A DNA stretch of 64,000 nucleotides from Licmophora abbreviata (lineage: Eukaryota), in contig OLMU01003345.1 in NCBI GenBank assembly GCA_900291995.1, positions 1 to 64,000 of the forward strand, in the 5' to 3' direction. The notes beneath the pieces are model-generated. The model did no database searches and had not been told where the DNA came from. It worked only from the letters and a program-made list of their open reading frames with translations. Shown in pieces: positions 1 through 10,303 of the stretch. Each line of letters opens with the position of its first letter. The stretch's first letter is position 1. The translations under genes were made by a program, and so were the position numbers.

Positions 1-101
1 GACAGACTTGTCCATGCGAACAACATCGAACCACTTTGATGCTCACCATAAGAAGAGGCACACTAGGACAATAACAGAAGCGATTAAACACGTATTTAAC
101 G

Positions 102-776
102 ATGGGCATGGTCTTTGGAAAAGTCGATGTGGAGGAACCTCCGCACGAGATCCTTCTCACTCGAACTCACCCCCCGGCCCACACCGCGTACGAACTTCGC
201 CGCTACCATGAACGATTCGCGGCAGAAACGCTCTTCACAGACGACGAAGAAGACGGCACTCCATTCCGTCTCCTGGCTGGTTACATAGGTGTGTTCGGTA
301 ACCCTCAGAATGAACAAGGGAAAGCAATGGCCATGACGGCGCCGGTAGTCATGAATGAGAAACCGAACGCTGAAGCAATCAGTATGACTGCACCAGTTGT
401 CAAGACCGTGGCAGGACCCGGAAAAGAAAAGATGCAGTTCATGCTGCCGGCAGAATACGATTCCATGGACAAGATCCCGACGCCAACAAATCCGGCGGTT
501 CACATTGTCGAAGTTCCACCGGCCGCTGGTGCCGTGCATCGATTCAATGGAAAATATGATATGGATCGATGCCATGTCATGGCAGAAGCGCTGGTTGAAC
601 AGCTGAAAATCGACGGTGTGGATCTTCCTGAAAATGTGATGGACTCCTACCAGTTCTGGGGATACAACCCGCCTTTCACTTTGCCTTACTTCCGTCGGAA
701 TGAGATCTGGATCCCGCTGACAGATGACCAGGTGAGCCAGCTCCTCAATGACTTTGACCCTACGGCCATCAACTGA
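102..776 (+). CDS. SOUL family haem-binding protein
   Basis: Single-exon 224-aa ORF with SOUL motifs (YELRRY, FRLLAGYIG, AMTAPV twice, MQFMLP, YNPPFTLPYFRRNEIWIP). The N-terminal MG could be myristoylated. Confidence 0.92.
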   Translation: MGMVFGKVDVEEPPHEILLTRTHPPAHTAYELRRYHERFAAETLFTDDEEDGTPFRLLAGYIGVFGNPQNEQGKAMAMTAPVVMNEKPNAEAISMTAPVVKTVAGPGKEKMQFMLPAEYDSMDKIPTPTNPAVHIVEVPPAAGAVHRFNGKYDMDRCHVMAEALVEQLKIDGVDLPENVMDSYQFWGYNPPFTLPYFRRNEIWIPLTDDQVSQLLNDFDPTAIN

Positions 777-916
777 GCGAAAGATGTCTGGTCTAGGTAG
801 GCACAAATTTGTTACTTAGACACGTTTGTAGTATATGATATGCATGGCATTGACGACTAAACCCCAGCTCCAAAGATGCTCCCGTGCGAGTAGAATCATT
901 CAACGATTCTATCGAT

Positions 917-1786
917 TCAATACTGACCGAGGAACGATGCAAGGCGCTTTTCAGCAGTTGCGTTCTCGTCCACCTCCGTCTCTCGCATCATTGGACCTTC
1001 GTTTTCCCGCGATCGAATTGCCTGTTCTGTCTGAGAGAGGCTAGCTCCTTGCTTCAGAGCATTCTGAATGACTTCCACCGTCTCTTGCAGGTTTTCGATC
1101 TTATCCGGCAGTTTCACATCCATCTCCTTCAATGCTGAATGCAAGCGTTGCAAAGATCCTTCCATTTCTCCCAAGTAGGCACTCTTGTCTCCCTGGAAAG
1201 GTTCACTGAGTCGCTTGGCTAGGACGTCAGCATCGTGGGGCGGCTCAGGGTCACGGCTGGGGGGTCCCACCAGAAGAGCCACTTCTTGCTTCCCAGCCGA
1301 GACAGCAAGATCAGTCACATTGCTACGCAGGACGCTGACGCGTTCAGCAGACTCACGAAGTTGCTGGCGAAGGTCTCGAGCTCGCTGAAGTGCTTCCTGG
1401 TCCATGAGTTCTTCTTCATCGAATTCATCCTCGCTGTCGTCGTCAAGGCACTCATCCTCGTCGTCGTCAGCAATACCTTCATCGACATTCTCTTCCTCTA
1501 CGTGCGAAGGATGGACATGAGAATGGTACTCTTGATCACTAGTCTTCTCTACAAGGCGCGTTAGGTGACTCGAGACGGAGGTCCCTGCTTGCTCCAAGAG
1601 GTGCACCAACACCCTACGCGAGTCCTCGTCGAGCCTGCTGGTCTTGCTGTGCTGCGTCTCCCACGTCGCCAGATGCGCTTTCATGGCCTCAACGGCACTC
1701 TCGAGCTCCGAGCTGGGAACCAAGTTGTTCTTCGGAGGAGGAACATTCTCCGCTTCGGGATTCTGCTGTATGATGGGCATGTTCAT
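917..1786 (-). CDS. Hypothetical acidic/coiled-coil protein, possibly kinetochore Nsl1/Mis14-like
   Basis: 289-aa ORF. An acidic tract is followed by 'EFDEEELMDQEALQRARDLRQQLRESAERVSVLR', which resembles the Mis14/Nsl1 helix. The family call is by eye only. Confidence 0.6.
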   Translation of the reverse strand: MNMPIIQQNPEAENVPPPKNNLVPSSELESAVEAMKAHLATWETQHSKTSRLDEDSRRVLVHLLEQAGTSVSSHLTRLVEKTSDQEYHSHVHPSHVEEENVDEGIADDDEDECLDDDSEDEFDEEELMDQEALQRARDLRQQLRESAERVSVLRSNVTDLAVSAGKQEVALLVGPPSRDPEPPHDADVLAKRLSEPFQGDKSAYLGEMEGSLQRLHSALKEMDVKLPDKIENLQETVEVIQNALKQGASLSQTEQAIRSRENEGPMMRETEVDENATAEKRLASFLGQY

Positions 1787-2066
1787 GGACGGCGGCGCTG
1801 TTTCTGTTGCTCATGGCGACAATGACAAGAAGCGAGGATGAAAAACGCGCCAAGAATCAACGAACATTTTGGAGTTTGTCCTACTGCATTCTACGTAGAA
1901 TGTACAAAATATATATATCTACGAACAAGTATGATCTAGATCCTCTGGGCCAGTAGACTTGCTCAGTAGGATTGTACAGACAGTCGTTGTAGGGCCTGTT
2001 CAAACCATCTGTGTGGCCACAGAACCCACCATCCGAAACTGAACAGAAAACGAAAAGGTGTCAACC

Positions 2067-3701
2067 ATGGCCGCCGACACCGCAGCGCCCTTGGTGCTCC
2101 ACGCTCCACGACCTCAACAGGAGAGCACACTTTCGGGTTCCGAAAGTTCGGATTCCGCAACGCTTGTTCTAGCATCGGAAACTAGCATTCCAAAGTCATG
2201 CGTGTACCTCTTATCCGACGAGCGCATGTCTCGTCATTGCCCTCTAGAGTGGAACGACGAAAGAGCAAGGGAAGCGGCTGACTTTTCTCAAAAGTGTCTG
2301 ATCCGAAAGGAAATTCCACCAGAAAACTACGTCTTTGAGAATCCTGAAAGACTTCGGCGCGTCCATGGGGGGCTACTGGAACTCGAACGACGTCTCACTG
2401 CAGGAGGGAACATACTATCATCTCACGAGAGACGCTTTCGTCGTCTCTCTTGTCCTCCAGCCACGCGTAGACAAGTTCTCTTGGCGCGCACACAGGAGCA
2501 CTACGATGAACTAGTCATGTCATCGGTTGCGACCTTGAATGAACTCGGCGAGAAATCCAAGATTGACAATGACGTCTACTACAACCCAGACACATTCCTT
2601 GCCGCGTCCTTGGCATGCGGAGGAGTGAGTCGGTGTGTCGATGCCGTCATGGACGATTGTATAGACGGTCGCCTGCGTCGAGCCATTGCGGTAGTGCGAC
2701 CTCCTGGGCACCATGCTTGTCAAGAAAGAGCTATGGGATTTTGTTATTTCAATAGCGTGGCGATTGCCGCAAAGCATGCCATTGAAAGCAATCGGGCCGA
2801 GCGTGTCTTGATTGTGGACTGGGATGTACACCATGGGAATGGAACGCAAGATCTGACCTATGAAGATAGCAGTATTTTTTACGTTTCGCTTCATCGGTAT
2901 GATCCAAAACGAGAATTCTTTCCCAGCACAGGTCCTCCTAGCGAGGTTTCCGATGGCACCAATCTCAACGTGGCGTGGACGATGGGAGGAATGGGAAACG
3001 CTGAATACGCAGCTGCTTTTTCGGAATTGATTCTACCATTGGTAGTGGACTGGAGACCAGATTTGATTATTGTGAGCTCTGGTTTTGACGCTGCTGAAAA
3101 GGACTTGATTGGTGACTGCCGACTGTCTCCTGAAATGTATCACGCCATGACGAAAGCTCTGTTGCACGCTGCAGGGATCGACGTCCCCATTGTCGTGGCC
3201 TTAGAGGGCGGGTACAACTTGGATGTTATTGGAAAATGTATGCAATCAGTGGCTTTGGCCTTGTTGGACGAGGATGTTGGATACTTACAAAACGCTGAGG
3301 ATCCTGCCGAAGAAGCTTCGCTCCTCTGCGTACCTGCTCTTACAATTGAGGAGGAGAGTTCCAGCGTTGATGTTGCTGACGGTAACAGTCGTCTTGCACT
3401 AGCTCGACGCCAAATTGCTGGGTACTGGCCTTGTACAGAAACCGAAAATGGAATATGGACAGACATTCACTCGAGTGCAATACGCAATATCAATCGAAGT
3501 ATCAGCTACATTCAGAAATCTGACCTTTGGAGGGAGAAGATCTGGATCGTAAGACCGCTGCTGGCGCCTAACTCTGCTAGCCGACCTCCGACATCGGACC
3601 GGAAGCTTCGCCGACGGACACTGGCCAGCCCTCCTGAATCAGCAGAATCAGCAGACTTGGGAGGCATTGACACGACTCTCTCGAGGCTATCGCTGAAATA
3701 A
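2067..3701 (+). CDS. Class II histone deacetylase (HDA1/HDAC6-type catalytic domain)
   Basis: Intact HDAC motifs [34 protein letters not shown] and LEGGY. First ATG at 2067. Confidence 0.93.
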   Translation: MAADTAAPLVLHAPRPQQESTLSGSESSDSATLVLASETSIPKSCVYLLSDERMSRHCPLEWNDERAREAADFSQKCLIRKEIPPENYVFENPERLRRVHGGLLELERRLTAGGNILSSHERRFRRLSCPPATRRQVLLARTQEHYDELVMSSVATLNELGEKSKIDNDVYYNPDTFLAASLACGGVSRCVDAVMDDCIDGRLRRAIAVVRPPGHHACQERAMGFCYFNSVAIAAKHAIESNRAERVLIVDWDVHHGNGTQDLTYEDSSIFYVSLHRYDPKREFFPSTGPPSEVSDGTNLNVAWTMGGMGNAEYAAAFSELILPLVVDWRPDLIIVSSGFDAAEKDLIGDCRLSPEMYHAMTKALLHAAGIDVPIVVALEGGYNLDVIGKCMQSVALALLDEDVGYLQNAEDPAEEASLLCVPALTIEEESSSVDVADGNSRLALARRQIAGYWPCTETENGIWTDIHSSAIRNINRSISYIQKSDLWREKIWIVRPLLAPNSASRPPTSDRKLRRRTLASPPESAESADLGGIDTTLSRLSLK

Positions 3702-3904
3702 GTGCAGATGCAAGTGAGTTGCCATAGTATGTATCGTATTGGTCAGTACTAGGATGTTGTATAAGTACGTGTTGTTATTTCGGTCCTCAAGAAGTGAAAA
3801 TTCTCCATCGAGATTCGTTCTAGTCTAGAGATCTACCTTAAAAGCTCTCGACTCTAGGTAAGAAATCTGAACTACCCAGTCTGTCCTTCTGCGACTAAGT
3901 CACT

Positions 3905-4809
3905 CTACGTCTCCATCGCATCAGTGTCGCCCTCTTCCGGCTGCTCTTCTTCCTCGTCGTCGTCATCATCATCCGCTCTGGTGAGTTCCAACCGATCCAG
4001 ATAAGGTTGAAGTTCATCTCCCTCAATCAAGGTGAAAGATTCTCCCTTTCCGACAATGGCAATGCTTCCATTCTCCTTGGTGAGTTCGTCATCGCCCGAC
4101 ACACACCCCACCAAAGCCTGGAGGGCATGCTGAATCAGCTCATCCCGCGTAGCACTGGGAAAGGTTTCGTAATGCTTCTCGAGATAGGTTCGGGCACTCT
4201 GCGATCGGGATCCAATGGCACTGGCGTAATATTCGTACAGGTTCCCCGACGGACACGTTTGATAGAGATGCGGCTTGTCCGTACGCGCGTCGACAGACGC
4301 AAGCAAGAGTCCGACTCCAAAGGGGCGTCGCACGTACGTCTGGGTGGTACGCTGGTGCTTGTCTGCCAGGTCAGCCATAAGGAGATGAGGAGGGATGGGA
4401 GCGCCGTAGACGTACTTGTGATTGAGACACTCGTTGCGCATGTATTTGGCAAGAGAGCGTGCGTCGGCGGTGAGGCCGGCAATGCCCATGGCCATGTGGT
4501 CGTCAATCTCCAGGAGCTTCTTTTGGTGGCTGCTGAGTTCCGAGACGGACCTCTTGAGAGCTCCAAGGACTGCGTGCGTGTCGGAGCGGAGTCCAACGCA
4601 GGCAGACCCCTGCTTGACGGATTCCATGGCGTATTCGACCTGCCAAAAGATACGATGTACGGGGAGAGTATGAATACAGCGTGAGTGAGTGATGCGTCGT
4701 GAGGATGTCTTCAAAACACGAGAACTTTCGTTTTGACGGAACTTACCTGCAGCAGACGTCCCTCTGGACTCCACACTGTCACGTCCGTGTCGTATTGGTT
4801 TCGAAACAT
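3905..4809 (-). CDS. PSMA1: 20S proteasome subunit alpha type-1 (alpha6)
   Basis: Exon 1 (4809-4747) encodes MFRNQYDTDVTVWSPEGRLLQ. GT-AG intron 4746-4640. Exon 2 (4639-3905) encodes VEYAMESVKQGS...GSRSQSARTYLE and an acidic tail. Confidence 0.96.
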
Positions 4810-5596
4810 GGTCGGAAAGCGGTACAATGAGCAGAAGTACAGTGAAGCCGCAATGCTGTTCCGCTGTCGTGTGTAAACGCAAACAGCAACGAGAGGGCGC
4901 GGTTGTGCTTCGACTTCGTTCGGAAAGGATCTTCCACGTGTGATTCCTTTTCGCGCTATAATTTATTAGAGGGTCAGGAATCTCGAAATTCGCGTGTTGT
5001 CATGGCGGCACCGCGCAGAAATTTCCCCGTCATTGTTTTAGCGCCTCGTGGTCTTTGCTGTCTTCCAATGCTCATCGTCGCGCCGGTGGACCATTGTCCT
5101 TCGTTCCCTGTTGTCTGAGCACTCCCGAGGCCCTTGTCGACCTCAAGTAAAATTATTCATGATGGCCAAGCGGAAGGTCGGTCAATTTCAGACCAAACCA
5201 AGACCGATTGTCCCTTTCGGAACATTCCACCCCCACCTACTATCTAGCTACCCGTAGCTATATGGGTACCGGTACACGCTCTGCAATTGACCTGATCGGA
5301 GCATACATTTGCTATTTCCCCCCGCAGTGCTTGTCACTTCGAAGCACGCTCAATGGGACCGAGCTATTGTAGCACGCGCAGAGACCTTTTTTGATCGCTC
5401 ATCCGTCCTTCGCTTTATGGCTTCTTCAAGACTACAGTAGTAGGCTCCCGGCTTGTGGATACAGAATTGTGGTAAGAGCGTCGACCATGGGGTTCAACTT
5501 GATGTTCTACGGAAAGCGGAGAGTGCATTGCTACCGGTAAAGACAAAGAGTAAGGTTCATTGCTATCGTTGAACTGATCCGCAAAGATGCCCAGCT

Positions 5597-7066
5597 CTAT
5601 GCCTCGTACGACAAATCGTCGTTGCCGTCATCATCATCGCTTCCAACTTGTGAGTTTGCTCGTGCTACCGGTACCTCAAAGTGTTGCGAGTTCTTGTCCA
5701 CACTTCCATCTTTACCTCTGGCCTTGGTCTCGTCTCCTTGTCTGGTGAAGGGGTCAGTATCATACCAAACCATGATCATTTTCCTATTGCTGGGAGTCGA
5801 AGTGAGCTGGCCACCGGATACATACCAAGGCGTGCGAGGACTGATATCGTTGACTTTCTGTGATGATGGGTCTTTTGTTGTCTTGAAAGTGCATTCCGAA
5901 GGTGAAATCCATGGAAATGACATCGTGTCGGGCCACAGGTCATCATTACTATCCTCTGATGTGGCGGAAATGGCCATATCACTCCATCTTCTCTTTGGGA
6001 CTTTTCTTCGTGGACGAGTCTCTTTGTCATCGCCTCCAATGTCTGCTAATTCTGAATAGGCATGGCCGGTGAATGTCTTGGACCTTGCAAAACGCCGTTT
6101 CAGAGGAGAAGGCTCCTGAGTCTGCTCACCAGAGGGATGTTCGAATGTGAACGAGGGCGGTGCTGGTAGTCGATTCGCTTCATTGGGAGGCAATGAATAA
6201 TCGTGATGGAGCCGATCTCTCTCTCTTGTCGGAGAAACGAGGCTTACCGCTGATCGGCTGAACCTTTCGCGAAGATCCTTGTCCTGCCGATTGGTAGAGC
6301 ATCGAGCAGCCCACCCCTTTCTATGCAACATGAGATTATTGCTGTCATGCTTATTGTCGCTCTGTGGCCCGGCCGTGGATGTACTTTGACTCATGGTGGG
6401 AGTTCGACTTGGCTGGCGTTTCAGTTCTGTTGATGCTGGTTGTGGGGGTGTCACAACTTGTGGTGCACTGTCACGTTGAACGAGGCATCCGAGAGGACTT
6501 GAGGGAGTCTTGGTCTCCCAGTGGCTCTTTTGGCTTGACTCTGATGATTCCAGTCTTCTGTACGCCCTGGGTGACGCAAGATTCAGGGACAGACAATTGG
6601 AGTCAACTTCAGACTTGGGACTGAGTGGACTGTTGGAACCAGTCTGGTTCATGGATAGCTTGGTGCTGTAGTCAGACTCTTCCTTCCATTCGGATGAAGC
6701 TTGAATATGGAAATCTTTGAAGGTCTTTGTTGTATCGAATGGCGCGACAGGTAGTAGGGGGGGCGAATGAGCCTGCATCTGTGCGAACACAGAGGGCAGC
6801 ATCAAAGCATCTCTGGCTTCTGGTAGTTGCCTGGGATAGACTTTCTGATTTCTATCTATCATGCAAGTGTTTCCATGCTCATGATCCGAGTTCGCATCGA
6901 TCTCAGTTGAGGTTCCCATCTGGTGATGATAGAGTGTCGGAAAAGGAGAGGACCTGCGATCATGCGATGAGTCGCCCAGCAGTTCCACTTCTACGGAGGT
7001 ATCAGTGCAAACATCTCCGGGGAACAGAATGTCTAATTGGAAATAGGAAGTATCTTTTGCGGTCAT
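5597..7066 (-). CDS. Hypothetical Ser/Pro-rich, largely disordered protein
   Basis: Long open frame (~489 aa from the ATG at 7066, MTAKDTSYF). No recognised domain. Confidence 0.65.
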   Translation of the reverse strand: MTAKDTSYFQLDILFPGDVCTDTSVEVELLGDSSHDRRSSPFPTLYHHQMGTSTEIDANSDHEHGNTCMIDRNQKVYPRQLPEARDALMLPSVFAQMQAHSPPLLPVAPFDTTKTFKDFHIQASSEWKEESDYSTKLSMNQTGSNSPLSPKSEVDSNCLSLNLASPRAYRRLESSESSQKSHWETKTPSSPLGCLVQRDSAPQVVTPPQPASTELKRQPSRTPTMSQSTSTAGPQSDNKHDSNNLMLHRKGWAARCSTNRQDKDLRERFSRSAVSLVSPTRERDRLHHDYSLPPNEANRLPAPPSFTFEHPSGEQTQEPSPLKRRFARSKTFTGHAYSELADIGGDDKETRPRRKVPKRRWSDMAISATSEDSNDDLWPDTMSFPWISPSECTFKTTKDPSSQKVNDISPRTPWYVSGGQLTSTPSNRKMIMVWYDTDPFTRQGDETKARGKDGSVDKNSQHFEVPVARANSQVGSDDDDGNDDLSYEA

Positions 7067-7283
7067 GATATGGATTGATGTCTTGTGAGTGTGTTCGAGG
7101 AACGTGAGATGGGGCTTCAGAAACGAAAAAGGTGAAGGGGCACGATTATCGACGATAACAGATGCACGGCTTGCTCGCGAAGGACACGTGCCCCCATTCT
7201 GAGTCGATCCAGTCGGACGGATGGGGATGGTTTTGGGTTTGGAAAAATTGATGAGAGAGTGTCCGCATTGCATCAGCACCGAC

Positions 7284-9199
7284 ATGAGCATGAAGTCAGG
7301 GCCAGGAAAAGATGCTCCGCCAGGACTGGCGCTGAACGAGCAAATGAACCAAGTGGTATCCTTACTGGAAGCTCGCACACGGGGGGAAGTGGGAAATGCA
7401 GATGTTGAAAACGCCGTGTCCGGACTCTTGTCGGGTTCGACGTCGCAGCGAACGTCTTCTGCTGATGGTCGTGGACCTACGGGGGGCGTTCCACAGATTC
7501 AGGAGGATCTTGACGACTATGACAACCTGGATGACGATCCACCGCCACCACGAGTGATCCCTTCTACCAGCAGCAGCAAAAAAACCATGCCAAAGCCCAC
7601 AGTGGCTTCCATGCGAAGAAAAGGCGACCGCGACGAGATCGATCCATTGGCCGAGATCCCACTTGGGCGAGAGGGCGCGCGCATGATGGTCACGTTTGGC
7701 GACGGCCACAAGCCCAACCCAGAGACAGTGTCGACGGCTCTATTGGTAAGGAATCAATCATGAGTAGGCGCCTTTGCGTTGTATGCTACGGTACGTGTAC
7801 TCATTCCTGTGCTCATGCTGTTGTTTGCTCACACTTGTGTACACAACAGGGCGCTCGTCAGTGTTTGCAAGTGGCCATCAAGGACGCTCGGGCACTTAGA
7901 CGACATGCGAAGGATGAGTACCTTCGAGCACGTCGAGTGGCTCGCTTGGGGAAGGACAAGAAGGCAAAGTTGGGTCCAGAGGATCACGAACAGGATCACG
8001 TCGATCCCAACATGCTTTACCGAGCCATGGCCGGATATGATCGTCTCGCTTATGATCCTCCTTGCGGCTTTGACGTTGACCAGCTAAGACAGCTTTTTCC
8101 GGAAGAGATGAATGCTTACAACAGGTGGAATCAAGTGAGTGTGAGATAGATGTGAGAAATGGGTTGCTGGCATTGTCATGTCGTGTGCTGTATCACGGCG
8201 TCGCATCCGTTCTTATTGTCTTCTGTTATTCTCTCAGATGCATAAAGCGTACGAAGCGAGCTCAAAGGAGGATGGAGCGGGTGCTACTAGTACTGTGGAC
8301 GATGGGGATACAGACGGCAGAGCGAAAGACGAGCAGACAGATTCAGGGGTTCCAAGAGGCCACTTGGAGGAGCGTGCAGCCCAGTTCGATGCAAGAACAG
8401 ACCAGATGAAGAAAGATTGGTACCTGAAATTCTCAGAAGTTCGACAAGGATCTTTTCTACCGAGACGAAAAGGGAAACAGACCGCGGGAGAGAAGGAATG
8501 GGATGCATCTCGGACCAAGGCTGAAAGGGGGCGACGGAAAGAGGATGGATCATGGCTGAACAAGTCTGCCGCCACGGTCAAGTTCCTTCACTGGGTAGGA
8601 TTCGACCCACAATCGGCGCTGCCACCTCCAAGCGACGAAACTGCTGCTGCATTGGCCTTCCTTGCTTATGACTTCCTTGGAAAGATTATCGAAAAAGCTG
8701 TCTATCTCCGAAACTCTCAAGTTAATAGTAGTGCCGATGGCGATGAAGGAGACTCGCTGTTGGAACTTGGCGATGGCGAGCAGCTGAGTCGGGAGGACGT
8801 GGAGAAGGCTCTAAATGATTCGGATATTAAGCCAGTTTCGCTTTACAATGCTCCAGAGGGCAAGGGACATGGACAAGCGAAAAAATTCGCTCCACAGCTG
8901 TACTTTGGGCCTGGCTTCGAAGATAGACTGGAAATGGAAATGGCCGAGTAAGTATCACTTCGAGAGTGACATGCTTGTGGAAGATGCGCGCAAGCGATGC
9001 TCAACAATCGAAACGATCTTCTTTTGTGTAACACAGGCTAGCATCGGGGACGAACAAGAGAAAGGCTCTCTCGGAGGAAGAACTAGACATCCGAAGAAGG
9101 GAGGATGCTGTTTTCGAAGAGGTTGCGAAGCCTCCATGCGTATGGGCACAGAGGAAAATCAGCAGCAGTGAGTCAGGCGAGAAGAGCACAAAATTATAG
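7284..9199 (+). CDS. SPT3: SAGA complex subunit Spt3/SUPT3H-like histone-fold protein
   Basis: Hand-spliced exons 7284-7745, 7850-8134, 8238-8947 and 9037-9199; all introns are GT-AG and frame-consistent. Spt3-like motifs: MMVTFGD..PNPET, RAAQFDARTDQMKKDWYLKFSEVRQGSF, KFLHWVG, LAFLAYDFLGKIIEKA. The start could instead be 7221. Confidence 0.8.
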
Positions 9200-9366
9200 A
9201 TTTGCTGATACGGAGGTTCTTTTGTCTGTGCAGGTCCATACGACCTTCATGACAGTGGGAAGGGGCCGGGACAGATTTATGTCGAACGAAAAGCTTTGTC
9301 GGGGCTGCACAGGTTTGTAGTCCCCGGCCTGATATATCATACATACTACTATCCTAAAAACAATTT

Positions 9367-9759
9367 TTAACACCAGTGTTCCGCTTCGGGGTCATCCACA
9401 TCGTCTCCAAGTTTGATGGGATTTCTTCGGTTATCATTTTTTGTGAGCTCAAGGCCCGCGATGGAGTCTCGGCAGAAGGATGTCACGCTCATTACGTGAC
9501 TCCATTCGGATGGTCCACCCGAAAGTGGTGATGTCTTGGACAAATACCAAGGCGTTCGAGCTCGACCTGGACTCTCAGCAGGGGGTTTGTCGAGTCTACT
9601 AAGGGATTCTTGAGAAGATAAAAGCTCAAGTTCACGCTCTTTGGTCAGATCCAGAAAGATCAGTCCGGCTTGAGGTGGTTGTCTCGGAGAGCCCTTGACT
9701 CTCGACGGCGATCTGGAAGACATTCCAGCCGGTGCATAGCGCGAATGATTAGGATTCAT
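9367..9759 (-). CDS. Small hypothetical protein (130 aa)
   Basis: ATG-initiated ORF with coding-like composition between two genes. No domain recognised. Confidence 0.5.
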   Translation of the reverse strand: MNPNHSRYAPAGMSSRSPSRVKGSPRQPPQAGLIFLDLTKERELELLSSQESLSRLDKPPAESPGRARTPWYLSKTSPLSGGPSEWSHVMSVTSFCRDSIAGLELTKNDNRRNPIKLGDDVDDPEAEHWC

Positions 9760-10303
9760 GGTCGAAAGGCAGCTCGAGGATTCGCCAATGTGCTTATATG
9801 CTCCTCCCGGATTTGTTTCGCGCGATGATCTTGTTGTTGAAGATCTTTCTCGCCATCACTTTTCCTTGCCTTCGTTTTTTTTTGTTCTATTTTGTTGACA
9901 GTCTCTCTCTTGCTTCCTTGGGTTCACGTATGATAGGGTTCTCTAGGAGGCGCACTACGGATAGGATCTGCATACAATTTCATCCTCAGGGATACTCATA
10001 ATCACATTACTCATTATATTTATTTATTATGTGACATTATTAAACCTTCTTTGGACATTTGTTTTAACACAAAGAAGGTGACACGACATTCAACACTCGG
10101 GTGGCCCAATCATCGCTCACACTCATCAAACATGCGAGAATGGAATTCGGCATCTTTTGTAGAAGAGATATTGGGCGCGCTCAAAGCCATCCGATCGCGA
10201 GCCTTTTTCGATCTCACAAAATAATCAAGGCTCAAGGCAGTTACTGCTCGGTCCTTTGCCTAGCTTGTTGTTCGTTGCCTACCAGTACTGTCATTAGTGC
10301 GCA

